Of a DNA stretch of 64,000 nt, positions 1 through 11,174 are shown piece by piece. A program made the translations under genes and the position numbers. Within the stretch, counting starts at the first letter, position 1. Each line of letters starts with the position of its first letter. Origin of the DNA: Octopus bimaculoides (lineage: Eukaryota); assembly GCF_001194135.2 (NCBI RefSeq), contig NC_068986.1:33186002-33250001 (forward strand), written 5' to 3'. The notes under the pieces are model-generated. The model made no database searches. It was given only the letters and a program-made list of their open reading frames with translations, and was not told the origin of the DNA.

Positions 1-194
1 GCGTGCGTGCATGTATATGTGGGTGTGTGCGATTGTGTATGTGTGTGTGTTTGTATGTGGGTGTGTGCGAGCGTGTATGTGTGTATGTTTGGGTGATGAA
101 GATCAGTTGATACGAAATATAACTGTTGTCGTTCATGTATGTTCCGTTGTATGTGTGTGTTTCTGTATAATGAGTAAGTTTATTATTAAGAAAT

Positions 195-619
195 GCATCT
201 TTCTCTATTGCGACGTACGACTGCGAGTCATGGACAATGTTGAAGGCAGACGAGAAAAGAATGAACGCTTTTGAAATGTGGTGTTACCACAGAATCCTTA
301 GAGAGTCGTGGACGGAGAGAACGAACAACAGGATACTAAAAAAGCTCGGTTGCGAGATGACGCTTCGGCGGAACATCATGAAGCGGAAGCTACGGTTCTT
401 TGGCCACGTCATGCGCCGGGATAGACTTCAGCGAACGATCATAACTGGCAAGGTGAAGGGCAGACGTAACAGAGGCAGACCACCCACTTCTTAGATGAAA
501 GACATCGTAGCCACAGGATTTTCTTTATTCTCAGCTGTCCATGGGGCAGAGAAGAGAAGGTGGCAAGACATCGTGATGACCACAGCATCTCATAGTGCGA
601 CACATGACTAGAAGAAGAA
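195..619 (+). mobile_element. RTE-clade (BovB-like) LINE, 5'-truncated 3' end
   Basis: The frame from 201 reads FSIATYDCESWTMLKADEKRMNAFEMWCYHRILRESW...KLRFFGHVMRR...GKVKGRRNRGRPPTS*, the typical RTE ORF C-terminus. One in-frame TAG at 492-494 sits where Trp is expected. The terminal stop is at 609-611, followed by a short (AAG)n tail. Confidence 0.9.
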
Positions 620-723
620 CATCTTTCTTTGCGCTTGTATGTATATATGCCCATCCATGTGTGTGTGTTTAAATTTAGTTATTAATATGTATATGCTTTT
701 GTGCGCGTGTTTTCCATGTGAAT

Positions 724-1108
724 TTGTTGGCATTCCGTCACTTACGACGACGAAGGTTCCAGTTGATCCGATCAACGGAACAGCCTGCTCGTGAAATTAA
801 CGTGCAAGTGGCTGAGCACTCCACAGACACGTATACTCTTAACGTAGTTTTCGGGGATATTCAGCGTGACACAGTGTGACGAGGCTGACCCTTTGAATTA
901 CAGGCACAACAGAAAGAGGAAGTAAGAGTGAGAGAAAGTTGTGGTGAAAGAGTACAGCAGGGTTCGCCACCATCCCCTGTCGGAGCCTCGCGGAGCTTTA
1001 GGTGTTTTCGCTCAATAAACACTCACAACGCCCGGTCTGGGAATCGAAACCACGATCCTATGACCGCGAGTCTGCTGCCCTAACAACTGGGCCATTGCGC
1101 CTCCACAC
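724..1108 (-). mobile_element. tRNA-derived SINE, family A (possibly one of the octopus OR/OK SINEs; name not verified)
   Basis: The minus-strand head has A-box-like TGGCCCAGTTG and B-box-like GTTTCGATTCC (plus strand 1040-1050), and an (AAC)n tail. Closely similar copies lie at 18628-19018 and 51919-52285. Confidence 0.9.
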
Positions 1109-1629
1109 TTGTAAATACTGGTTCCTTAATAACTATTTATATATAGATGCGTGTGCCAGTGTCTGTGCAAGTGCATGTGTAAGGAATGCAGGTGTTCAAT
1201 ACATCTACACATGTGTGTTTGTATATGTGTATGCGTCAAACTATGTATAGGATATAGAAACAACATTATGTACACTGAGTGAGATTCAAGTTACTGTAGA
1301 CGAGGTAAGCATATATAGTAACATTAACGATGTGTATTTTTTTCCCGATATATTGTGACAAAACAGCCATTGATTTTTTTTTTTTGTAGTACACAAATTC
1401 AATAGCTATTAAAGCACACACACACGCATACACACAGAGAACTCGTCATCCTCCTTATACTCCACCTACTATTAATTTTGAGACACGGGTTAATACTTAC
1501 TTGACTGCTACTGCATCTTATCGACTCAGGAGGAATAAAAAGCGAAATTGATCTCAGCGTAATTTTAACTCTTAATGAGTCGAAAAAAAAATGCAGTTTA
1601 AAATTTTGACTTATGTTCTTAACGATTGT

Positions 1630-1725
1630 GTCAGCTCGTTGCCTTAATAACGACGACGACGATGATGATGATGATTATCATCATCATCATCATCAACGTC
1701 ATCATCATCATCATCATCATCATCT
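1630..1725. repeat. (GAC)/(GAT)/(CAT)n compound trinucleotide microsatellite
   Basis: Direct reading of the sequence. Confidence 0.9.
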
Positions 1726-1727
1726 TT

Positions 1728-1900
1728 ACAACGGGCATCAGGTCCTGAAATTTTGGAAGAGCAGGTAGTCGATTTGATCGATTCCAGAGCTCAGCTGGTA
1801 CTTATTTGATCGTCCCCGAAAAGATGAAAGGCAAAGACGAACTCGGCACAATTTGAACTCAGAACATAAAAATGGACGAAATGGCGCTAAGCGTCATTGA
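1728..1900 (-). mobile_element. SINE family C copy (degenerate, tail type 1)
   Basis: Reverse complement of the GAGTTCAAATT...GTC...TTTGCCTTTCATC.TTTCGGGG.CGAT.AAATAAGTACCAG core, with a caaaatttcagg-type tail. Confidence 0.75.
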
Positions 1901-1927
1901 TGTTTACCTTAGTGATGGATTGTGTCA

Positions 1928-1976
<49 letters not shown>

Positions 1977-2022
1977 GTAGCAGTAATAGTAGTAGTAGCA
2001 GTAGTAGTAGTAGTAGTAGTAA

Positions 2023-2072
<50 letters not shown>

Positions 2073-2175
2073 ACAACAATGATGACGACGACGGTGACAA
2101 CGACGACGACGACGACGGCAACGACGGCGGCGACGACGACGACGGCGACGACGACGACGATGATGATGATCATGA
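1928..2175. repeat. Compound trinucleotide ladder (AAT)n-(AGT)n-(AAC)-(GAC/GAT)n
   Basis: In-register triplet runs. These are the source of the poly-I/V/T, poly-N/S/D and poly-Y ORFs. Confidence 0.95.
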
Positions 2176-2182
2176 TTATCTT

Positions 2183-2360
2183 TTCTACAACAGTGCACAA
2201 GGCCTGAAACATTGGTGGAGAGGTGTAGTCGATTACAACAACATCAGTTCTTCGCTTTTTTTATTATAGTTTATCGACCACGGAATGATGAAAAGCAAAG
2301 TGAGTTTTCGTACTGAAAGCACCGTGATGCAAAAGATTTGAACAAAATGATGTAAGCAAA
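2183..2360 (-). mobile_element. SINE family C copy (old)
   Basis: Contains the gcacaaggcctgaaa tail and tttatcgacc...gatgaaaagcaaagt core, matching the reverse complement of 3836-4059. Confidence 0.6.
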
Positions 2361-2545
2361 CAATAGCTAGGAATAGACCGTTATACAATAGCGTGGGACT
2401 TATTTAATACTATTTGTATTTCATACGTGTAAGCAAATCAATACAATATATTCATGAAGATAAAGGAATATAAAATTATGAATCAGAAAAAATAAATATA
2501 CGCAACCAAACCACAATCGTTTTAAGAGCCACACCTGTGTTTGTT

Positions 2546-3645
2546 CAGGGTACATTGCGAAGCTGACTGCGTACACCCTCAGTACTCCATATCCCAGTAC
2601 ACGTAATGCTCAATATTAAAAGTTGCCGGACGTAAGTCAAATGTTGAGTGGTGTGTTTGTGAATCTGTGAATGTGTGTGTGCGTGTATGCACATAGACAC
2701 ACGCACACGAGCGCAATGACACTTACACATTTATTCAATATGACCACTTCTGTTTCGAAATATAGCCTTAAGTATAAGTGCGAATGCTTCACGCGCGGCA
2801 CGCAGTTGTTCTTGCAGAATCGAAGCCCATGCCTGACGCTGTTGTGCCTTTAGAGCATCGAGCGAAATATGAGGACTGCTCGAGACCCTCATGTTCAAAA
2901 TGGATCAAACTGAAAAATCCAGCGGGCTGAGATCGAGGGTTCTTGAGAGCCATAAGTCCTTGTTTATGAACGACGGAATCATTTTCTGAATCCAGTGTTG
3001 TGACTGTCTGGAGCTGTAGAATTGTGCCGTGTCCTCTTGGCGGCTCCATGGTGCGCCTTGAAAGTGCTCATTCGCCTATGGAAGCAGTTCAGCTTCCAGA
3101 ATGTCGCTAATGTATCGCTAGGTGTTAGTTTTAACACCCTAGGAAACAAAAACGAGGGGAAACCTTCCAGTGGCTGTCACAGACGCCCAAACCATAAATG
3201 ATTGTAGATTTTGACGTTGATTTACGAATCTACGCTCGACGGAGTCAGATACACTCCAAAGTCGGTCATTTTGGTGGTTTACCGCTTGTTCGATGTCAAA
3301 TTTCTTTTCATCAGTGAACACCAGGTTGGGCAACGTGCCTTCAGCAATCTGACATAGGATAAAATGACTTCTCTCTAATCGTATGGCCTTATAAACTTGC
3401 GTGAGCTGTGAGTTCATGACGGTGAATCATCTTGTAGCGGTGGGTTTTGAAATCCTCCTTCAGTACTCGCTACATCGATGTTCAGCTTATTTTTGGCTTA
3501 GTAGCCAGTGTCCTCAGGGAACGACGAGGATTTCAACGTTTCTTTTGTCTGGGACATTTGATAAGATAAGGCGTCCGCACACTTCATTTTCGGCCACCTC
3601 CTGGTTGATCATTGGGAAAACCAGTCTCTTGAAATTTCTTCACTA
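2546..3645 (-). mobile_element. Tc1/mariner superfamily, maT (DD37D) transposase pseudogene
   Basis: Manual translation gives IVKKFQETG...NPRRSLRTLA...VFTDEKKFDIEQAVNHQNDRLW...MVWASVT.TGRFPLVFV...RQEDTA-(37 aa)-TLDLSPLDF...SGHIE* (stop 2731-2733). There are 37 residues between the second and third catalytic Asp. Several nonsense codons and one frameshift near 3400. A possible TIR start CAGGGT is at 2546. Confidence 0.9.
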
Positions 3646-3708
3646 TTTACACACACACACAGACTTATCGCTTTCCCCCCGAAACTGCTGTACTAGTGCC
3701 AACATTTG

Positions 3709-3741
3709 ACACCATTATTATTATTATTATTATTATTATTA

Positions 3742-3791
<50 letters not shown>

Positions 3792-3835
3792 GTTGTTGTT
3801 GTTGTTGTTATTTTTATTGTTTTATTATTATTATC
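3709..3835. repeat. (ATT)n/(GTT)n microsatellite immediately 5' of a SINE
   Basis: Direct reading of the sequence. Confidence 0.95.
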
Positions 3836-4059
3836 GGAGTGAACTAGCAGAATCGTTAGGACGCCGGGCGAAATGCTTAGTGGCACTTTGTCTGCACGTT
3901 CTGAGTTCAAACTCCGCCTCAAGTCGACGTAGCTTTTCATCCTTTCGGGATCGATAAATTAAGTATCAGTGAAACACTGAGGTCGATGGAAAAGACTGGT
4001 CCGGTTCCCCCAAAATTTCAGGCCTTGTGCCTTTAGTAGAAAGGATTATTATTATTATT
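3836..4059 (+). mobile_element. SINE family C, full length, tail type 1 ending in (ATT)n
   Basis: Head GGAGTGAACTAGCAGAATCGTTAG, B-box-like GAGTTCAAACTCC, core CATCCTTTCGGGATCGATAAATTAAGTA, tail CAAAATTTCAGGCCTTGTGCCTTTAGTAGAAAGG(ATT)n. Confidence 0.85.
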
Positions 4060-4839
4060 TCAGTGGTTGCTGCTGTTGCTGCCTCTAATGTAATCATAAA
4101 TATCGATGTTTCGTAAATTTACACTGGTTTTCAGAAATTTATTGAAAGGAAGTTGGAATTTGTATTTTTACAGTGGGGCCATTCGTGGAAAACTGTCTTT
4201 GTCTCCCTGATTAGAAGAGGCACGGTTATTTTATCGTCCCCTGCGGCCAATGGACATTATATTCTTATTAAAACATATCATGAAGATTGACAGATGAAGA
4301 GGGAAGAGCAGTTGTATGCAGTCATGGGACCCGTGGAGGATGTAACTCTACACTTGTCGTCGTCTATATTGAAATTCTGTTTGACAAAAGGAAAAAGCGC
4401 CATTTTCCTATGACATTTTTTTCTTTTGCTGTGGGTAGCGTTTAATGGATAAAATAAGAAATATATAAGTATTATTTTTAAAACGTCAGCAATTCTATGG
4501 CACAAAAGACATGTGGGAAATAACATAGTTATGAACGACAACGATAAGACTACAATAACTACGAGCATTAGCAGCAGCAGTAACAACACCAACATTGGAT
4601 AAAAAGAGAAAATCAATATGAATAAGGATAAGGCAACTGGTATTGGATCTCAGTCGTAATGGCGGCTTGCCAAAGTAGACTTACCGAGTTTCTTCTAACG
4701 ACTGCGAATATCATGTCTAATGCTGTGAATTCTGATTGAATGAGACAATGTTTTTCTGCTCAGCATCATTAAGTGAATTTTTCAGAATATATTTCCAACA
4801 GACAAATATATTTCAAACACAAATATTTTGCTTTAAAAT

Positions 4840-5000
4840 TTAGCACAAGTCCAATAATTTCAGATAAATAAATATTTTATTGACCTCTGAAAGGATGAAA
4901 TTCGACACCGGCGGCATTTGAACTCAGAAAGTAAACACGGATGAAATGCCGCTCAGCAATTTGCCCGGCGTGCTAACGGTTCTGCTAGCTCTCCGCCTTT
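4840..5000 (-). mobile_element. SINE family C copy
   Basis: gaaaggatgaaa...atttgaactcagaa...ttgcccggcgtgctaacggttctgctagctctccgcc is the reverse complement of the family C head and core. Confidence 0.8.
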
Positions 5001-5178
5001 TTTCAAGCAACAATATTATCATTTTGGTTGGCCTGAGACTACACTAAAAGTCACTCGCACGGGGTGCCAATCTGTGGGACTGAACTCGGAACCAATCTTT
5101 TACCACACCGCCAATACATAATATACAATTTATATTATGCTATATATCCTATACATAAGTACATACACACACACACAC

Positions 5179-5231
<53 letters not shown>

Positions 5232-6984
5232 NNNNNNNNNNNNNNNNNNNNNNNNNNNNNNNNNNNNNNNNNNNNNNNNNNNNNNNNNNNNNNNNNNNNN
5301 NNNNNNNNNNNNNNNNNNNNNNNNNNNNNNNNNNNNNNNNNNNNNNNNNNNNNNNNNNNNNNNNNNNNNNNNNNNNNNNNNNNNNNNNNNNNNNNNNNNN
5401 NNNNNNNNNNNNNNNNNNNNNNNNNNNNNNNNNNNNNNNNNNNNNNNNNNNNNNNNNNNNNNNNNNNNNNNNNNNNNNNNNNNNNNNNNNNNNNNNNNNN
5501 NNNNNNNNNNNNNNNNNNNNNNNNNNNNNNNNNNNNNNNNNNNNNNNNNNNNNNNNNNNNNNNNNNNNNNNNNNNNNNNNNNNNNNNNNNNNNNNNNNNN
5601 NNNNNNNNNNNNNNNNNNNNNNNNNNNNNNNNNNNNNNNNNNNNNNNNNNNNNNNNNNNNNNNNNNNNNNNNNNNNNNNNNNNNNNNNNNNNNNNNNNNN
5701 NNNNNNNNNNNNNNNNNNNNNNNNNNNNNNNNNNNNNNNNNNNNNNNNNNNNNNNNNNNNNNNNNNNNNNNNNNNNNNNNNNNNNNNNNNNNNNNNNNNN
5801 NNNNNNNNNNNNNNNNNNNNNNNNNNNNNNNNNNNNNNNNNNNNNNNNNNNNNNNNNNNNNNNNNNNNNNNNNNNNNNNNNNNNNNNNNNNNNNNNNNNN
5901 NNNNNNNNNNNNNNNNNNNNNNNNNNNNNNNNNNNNNNNNNNNNNNNNNNNNNNNNNNNNNNNNNNNNNNNNNNNNNNNNNNNNNNNNNNNNNNNNNNNN
6001 NNNNNNNNNNNNNNNNNNNNNNNNNNNNNTATATATATATATATTTATATATATATATATATATAATATGCATATATGTGCCTATATATATAAATATATA
6101 CCTCTAATATGATATAATATATTTACACACACGCACACACATATATAGGTATGCATACGTATACATAAATATGCGTGTGTGTGTATAGGGCCATATACAC
6201 ATTTGCTTATTCCAGTACTCCAAAATTGTATGTAGATGTTATATTTGTTTGAGTTACGCACAAGAGTTGAAAAATACTGTAAAATATTTTTTGCAAAGTA
6301 ATTAGATATCACAAGAGGAGACTGGAAATCATTTCTAGTATTATTTATTTACCATGTTTGATTTGCTAAAAGGAGGTACAAAACTGTACATGTAGAAAAA
6401 CATGGAGGATATTTCCTATTAGAAATGCTTTGGCCGCAAGAATATTTTGATTGTCATATGGATTTCAAATAGGAGATAACTTTGCATTTTTGTCCTATAA
6501 GTACAATTTTGTAACACCTATTTGCAAATGAAGCGGGAGCATTGGCGAATAAATAATTACAAAACTTTTTACTCAATCTCTATTTTCACCCTCCCCCCAC
6601 ACAAATATGTATATATTTTCATCACCACTGTTTGACGAACGGGAACACGAAACTCTGAGTAACAGTCTTGTGATAATTTTACGGCTTTAATAAAAGCATA
6701 TCACTCTACCTGTCGCATTCGAGTACTATTCTTTCCACCATGTTTTGCACTTATGTGCTCTCCCGCAGACACATTGAAAAAATACACATGCATTTATATA
6801 TATATACATATATATATGTACATATATATATATATAATGTATATCACTTCCTCCCTCCACCATCCTCTCTGCTCTCGTGTGACCTGTGGTCAACTTTCTT
6901 TTCACTCCAGCCGCTGTGAAGGCAAGACGAACTACTAGCGTTCTACATCAGATTCGCGTTTGGCCGTACGACTTTTTTATGTTA

Positions 6985-7215
6985 TTTTCACTGTCCAATT
7001 TTTCCTGTCTTGGTTTACGTTTGCCACCTTGGAATCCTCTGCTTAGTTGGTTGATCCACTACTCAGGAAGAAACTATTCTAGAGTACGTCCTGCCTTATC
7101 TTCGAAACGTAGAGTTAGAATAGAGGCAGCTGATGAATAATTCCAAGTGGCTTTCTGTTTTCCTATGTGTTCGTTCTGTTGTCTGTAGTTCATTGTTCTA
7201 ACGTCCTATACCCTG
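6985..7215 (+). mobile_element. Probable Penelope-like element terminal repeat with a degenerate hammerhead-like motif
   Basis: CTCAGGA-A-GAA...TTC-GAAA-CGT-A motif at 7062-7111, a second CTGATGA at 7130, and an inverted repeat at 7023-7035/7140-7151. Confidence 0.45.
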
Positions 7216-7280
7216 ATATGCATCTATATACACATGTAAATGAAAGTATATACATATATGTGTGTATACATGCATATATA

Positions 7281-7395
7281 AAGATACCGATAGAATAATT
7301 ACTAAGCTTACAAAGAATAATCATGTGGTTGCTTTCTTCGTTTAAAGGTGGTGCTCCAGCATGGCCGCAGTCAAATAACTGAATAAAAGAATATA
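7281..7395 (+). mobile_element. SINE-type family B, 3' portion
   Basis: ccgatagaataa.tact.agcttacaaagaataa...ggtggtgctccagcatggccgcagtcaaat.actgaa, shared with 26792-26980, 42459-42880 and others. Confidence 0.8.
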
Positions 7396-7455
7396 TAAAT
7401 ATATATCCTACACACACACATACTCACACTCACAAACGCACACACGTATATATGA

Positions 7456-7517
<62 letters not shown>

Positions 7518-7827
7518 CAAAAGACATTTCTCAAGCTCGGAAGACACTTGTAATGCTATTGTTGTGCTATTATACTGTGATTTTTATCAGTGTTTTGTTC
7601 TCGTTTGAAAACAGTTGCTTAGACCATTTGTAGGGGATTTGTAGGATGACTTTAGTCGCGCGGAGAAACAGATAAACAAACGTTAACAATAAAGTTTCTG
7701 CCTACAATTTGTCGAGTCATGTATATCTGCCTGCAGGTGGTGCATCCTATGTTTATTGAATAATTGCATATCTGTATTAACTTTATGTTTATTATCGCTC
7801 TTACTTTTTTACTCTAATGACATTGGT

Positions 7828-7828
7828 G

Positions 7829-7892
<64 letters not shown>

Positions 7893-7958
7893 ATCAGCTA
7901 CTACTACTATTTCTTATTCTTATTTTTACTCTTATTCCTCACCTACTACTGCTGCTGT

Positions 7959-8033
<75 letters not shown>

Positions 8034-8331
8034 AACTACTACTACTACTACTACTATTGTTATTATTTACATCATCATCGTCATCATCATTATCAACATC
8101 ACTATCATCATCATTATTATTATTATCATCATTATTCTTTTATTATTATCTTTATCTTTTTCACTATTATTACTATTATTATTATTAAATATCATTATCA
8201 TTATGATTATTATTATTATGATTATTATTATTATTATTAGTAGTATTATTATTATCATTATTATTATTATTATTATTTCTCTATTCCTTTTGCTTCCTTT
8301 TGTTCATATCATCACTGTTGTTTTCATTTTT

Positions 8332-8405
<74 letters not shown>

Positions 8406-8480
8406 CGTTTGCATTTATATACTGTTTAGTTATTGCTTGTTGTCGTTCACGTTGTTGTTGTTGTTGCTGTTGTAATCATT
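7828..8480. repeat. Compound (ATT)/(ACT)/(ATC)/(GTT)n microsatellite block
   Basis: Direct reading of the sequence. Confidence 0.95.
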
Positions 8481-8765
8481 TGTCATTGGTGAGTATTGTG
8501 GTTGTCATGTGGTCTTTTGTTGAAAGAATTTCAGTGTCTTGGGGGTAAATGTCTAATTAGCCAGTTTCTGAAAAAATACATTATACCGATGCATACACTC
8601 ATATGCATACATATATGCATATTCACACGCACACACACACACACACAAACACACACACATACATACACACACACGCACGCATACACACACACAAGTGTAC
8701 ACATATTTACACCTACATTCACAAATGCAGGCACGCGTTTGTATTGATGATGTTGCAGCAGTGGT

Positions 8766-8767
<2 letters not shown>

Positions 8768-8833
<66 letters not shown>
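8768..8833. repeat. (AAT)n microsatellite
   Basis: Direct reading of the sequence. Confidence 0.95.
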
Positions 8834-8834
<1 letters not shown>

Positions 8835-9114
8835 GACGGAGGAAGAGGGGTGCGTGGATGTTGAAGAGGTGAAGTAGATAAACAGAAATCGACAGAGAAG
8901 TGTATATGTAAACACATAATCAAACAAATGAAGATATGAACAATCGCATACAAGTAGAGATATGACTACCACAGTTGGTAAAAAATAAAGAAAAAACACA
9001 ACCAAACTCAAATCCCAAAAAATCCAACCCTAAACATCAATAAACACCCCTGGGGTCGATGTAATCTACTAAGACCTCCATTTGAAACTACTGCTCTTGT
9101 GCCACATAGAAAAC

Positions 9115-9256
9115 TTTTTCTTCTTTTTCTTCTTCTTTTTGTTCTCCTCCTCTTCTTCTTCTTCTTCTTCTTCTTCTTCTTCTTCTTCTTCTTCTTCTTC
9201 TTCTTCTTCTTCTTCTTCTTCTTCTTCTTCTTCTTCTTCTTCTTCTCATTATTATA

Positions 9257-9321
<65 letters not shown>

Positions 9322-9350
9322 TTATTTTTTATTTATTTATTTATTTAATT
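9115..9350. repeat. (CTT)n-(ATT)n-(ATTT)n microsatellite
   Basis: Direct reading. It forms the tail or target of the adjacent R4 3' end. Confidence 0.95.
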
Positions 9351-9354
9351 ATTG

Positions 9355-9677
9355 TCTTTGCACAGCTTCTAATGCTTGAGATATATGTACTACGGTGCCA
9401 GCTGTTCATTACTAGTGAACTAAGGTAACACCCCTTATTTTTCGAGCACCCTCCGGATTATTCAAGCTGTTCCAAGCAGTGCTGTTTTCTGCAAGTGCAC
9501 CACTCTTATTGCAGCCCCTATTTGTTCCATGTACTTCTCAAGATTTTTACTAACTGTTCACAGGGCTCCGACAATTATTTATACTACTATCACCTTTTTC
9601 ATCGACCTCAACTGCTTAACCTCCCAAGCTAACCTGTCATATCTATTGACTTTTCTTTCTTCCATATCGCATACCTT
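9355..9677 (-). mobile_element. R4/Dong-clade non-LTR retrotransposon, 3' end (restriction-like endonuclease C-terminus plus 3' UTR)
   Basis: The minus frame reads EERKVNRYDRLAWEVKQLRSMKKVIVV*IIVGAL*TVSKNLEKYMEQIGAAIRVVHLQKTALLGTA*IIRRVLEK* (stop 9435-9437) and runs into (TAAA)/(TAA)n. Confidence 0.85.
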
Positions 9678-9682
9678 ATTAT

Positions 9683-9745
9683 CAGTATAGGCTCGAAACG
9701 TAAAAGACTTTCCGACTTCCCGAGCGTTAAACTAATACATCTGTA
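9683..9745 (+). mobile_element. Short fragment of a probable Penelope-like repeat (same family as 61724-61870)
   Basis: taggctcgaaacgtaaaagac...ttcccgagcgttaaactaatacatctgt is shared with 61763-61820. Confidence 0.55.
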
Positions 9746-10512
9746 TTAGCATCATCAGCACCAGCATCTTTAAGATCATCAAAATAAAAGGCAACGTGAA
9801 TAACAACAATAATAAGAAAGATACGAACTGCACGAAAAAAAGAAGCAGGAAACACAATAAACGTTAATAGATTGTAAACGAGAACTCGAAAAGCAATCAA
9901 CAACATCTGCAACAGCAGTAACAAACACAGCATCAAGAACAACAACAGCAACTTTGAAAATGCTACAGTAATAAGAATTCGGTTGTTTTTGTAATATTTT
10001 GCTATAGATTTTGTTGTTGTTTCTAATTACAACTCGATAGATGATGATTGCCACTACTACAGCAATAACTCTAATAATAACGGTGATGATCTTACAAGGA
10101 GAACAAATAAAATAATAAAATTAAAAACAAGGAGTAAATAAAATTTTAAAAAATAGACACCATATTGGTTATTGGATTTTAATAGGTCATTATAAACAGT
10201 AATTATAACTATCACATCGCTAACATAGATTCAGAATTAAAAAATGATAATAACTGTTTCCTAGCAACGTATTGTTTACTATGACAACCAGAATTCAAAT
10301 AAATAAATAAAAGAGTGACTGTCACAAAGAATACAAAAATATACGCAAAATATAAATGACCACTTCAAAATCCTGTACTTCTGTTTCCGTTATGATGTTG
10401 AGATGAATTAATGAGAGAAAGGAAACTGCGTAACGGAAGTTGTGTTGGACTGGTGTGTAGTCTACTAATAAATTAAAAGAGCGCAGAATAAGAGATACAG
10501 AGATAAAGAGAT

Positions 10513-10581
<69 letters not shown>

Positions 10582-10833
10582 NNNNNNNNNNNNNNNNNNN
10601 NNNNNNNNNNNNNNNNNNNNNNNNNNNNNNNNNNNNNNNNNNNNNNNNNNNNNNNNNNNNNNNNNNNNNNNNNNNNNNNNNNNNNNNNNNNNNNNNNNNN
10701 NNNNNNNNNNNNNNNNNNNNNNNNNNNNNNNNNNNNNNNNNNNNNNNNNNNNNNNNNNNNNNNNNNNNNNNNNNNNNNNNNNNNNNNNNNNNNNNNNNNN
10801 NNNNNNNNNNNNNNNNNNNNNNNNNNNNNNNNC

Positions 10834-10865
<32 letters not shown>

Positions 10866-11174
10866 GCACACACACATATGTGACTATTCTGTGGAACAGA
10901 AGTATTCTTGACTTCTATTTTTAGTGATGTAGGTGATCATGTAGTGCTTTCGTGTATATATATATATATATATACATAAGTACATATATTTTATGTATAT
11001 ATTTTATTAATTTGCCTGTACGGCTGATAACTCGCTTGCCACTCGTGATGGTATTTTAATAACACCATCCCTTCTTAGATATATATAAACCTACATACAT
11101 ATCTATGTCTACAGGGTTTCTGAGACTGTAACCTTATTATGTATAACTTGGTTGGTCCTTTACGTTCAAGATCA

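Noticed and set aside
1030-1108. tRNA-like sequences (also near 19000 and 52270)
   Set aside because: They are SINE heads with A/B boxes attached to a 300-bp body, without a proper cloverleaf or acceptor stem.
4174-4460. Coding-like composition with several acceptor-like sites
   Set aside because: Every frame closes within about 40 codons and no consistent donor or homology was found.
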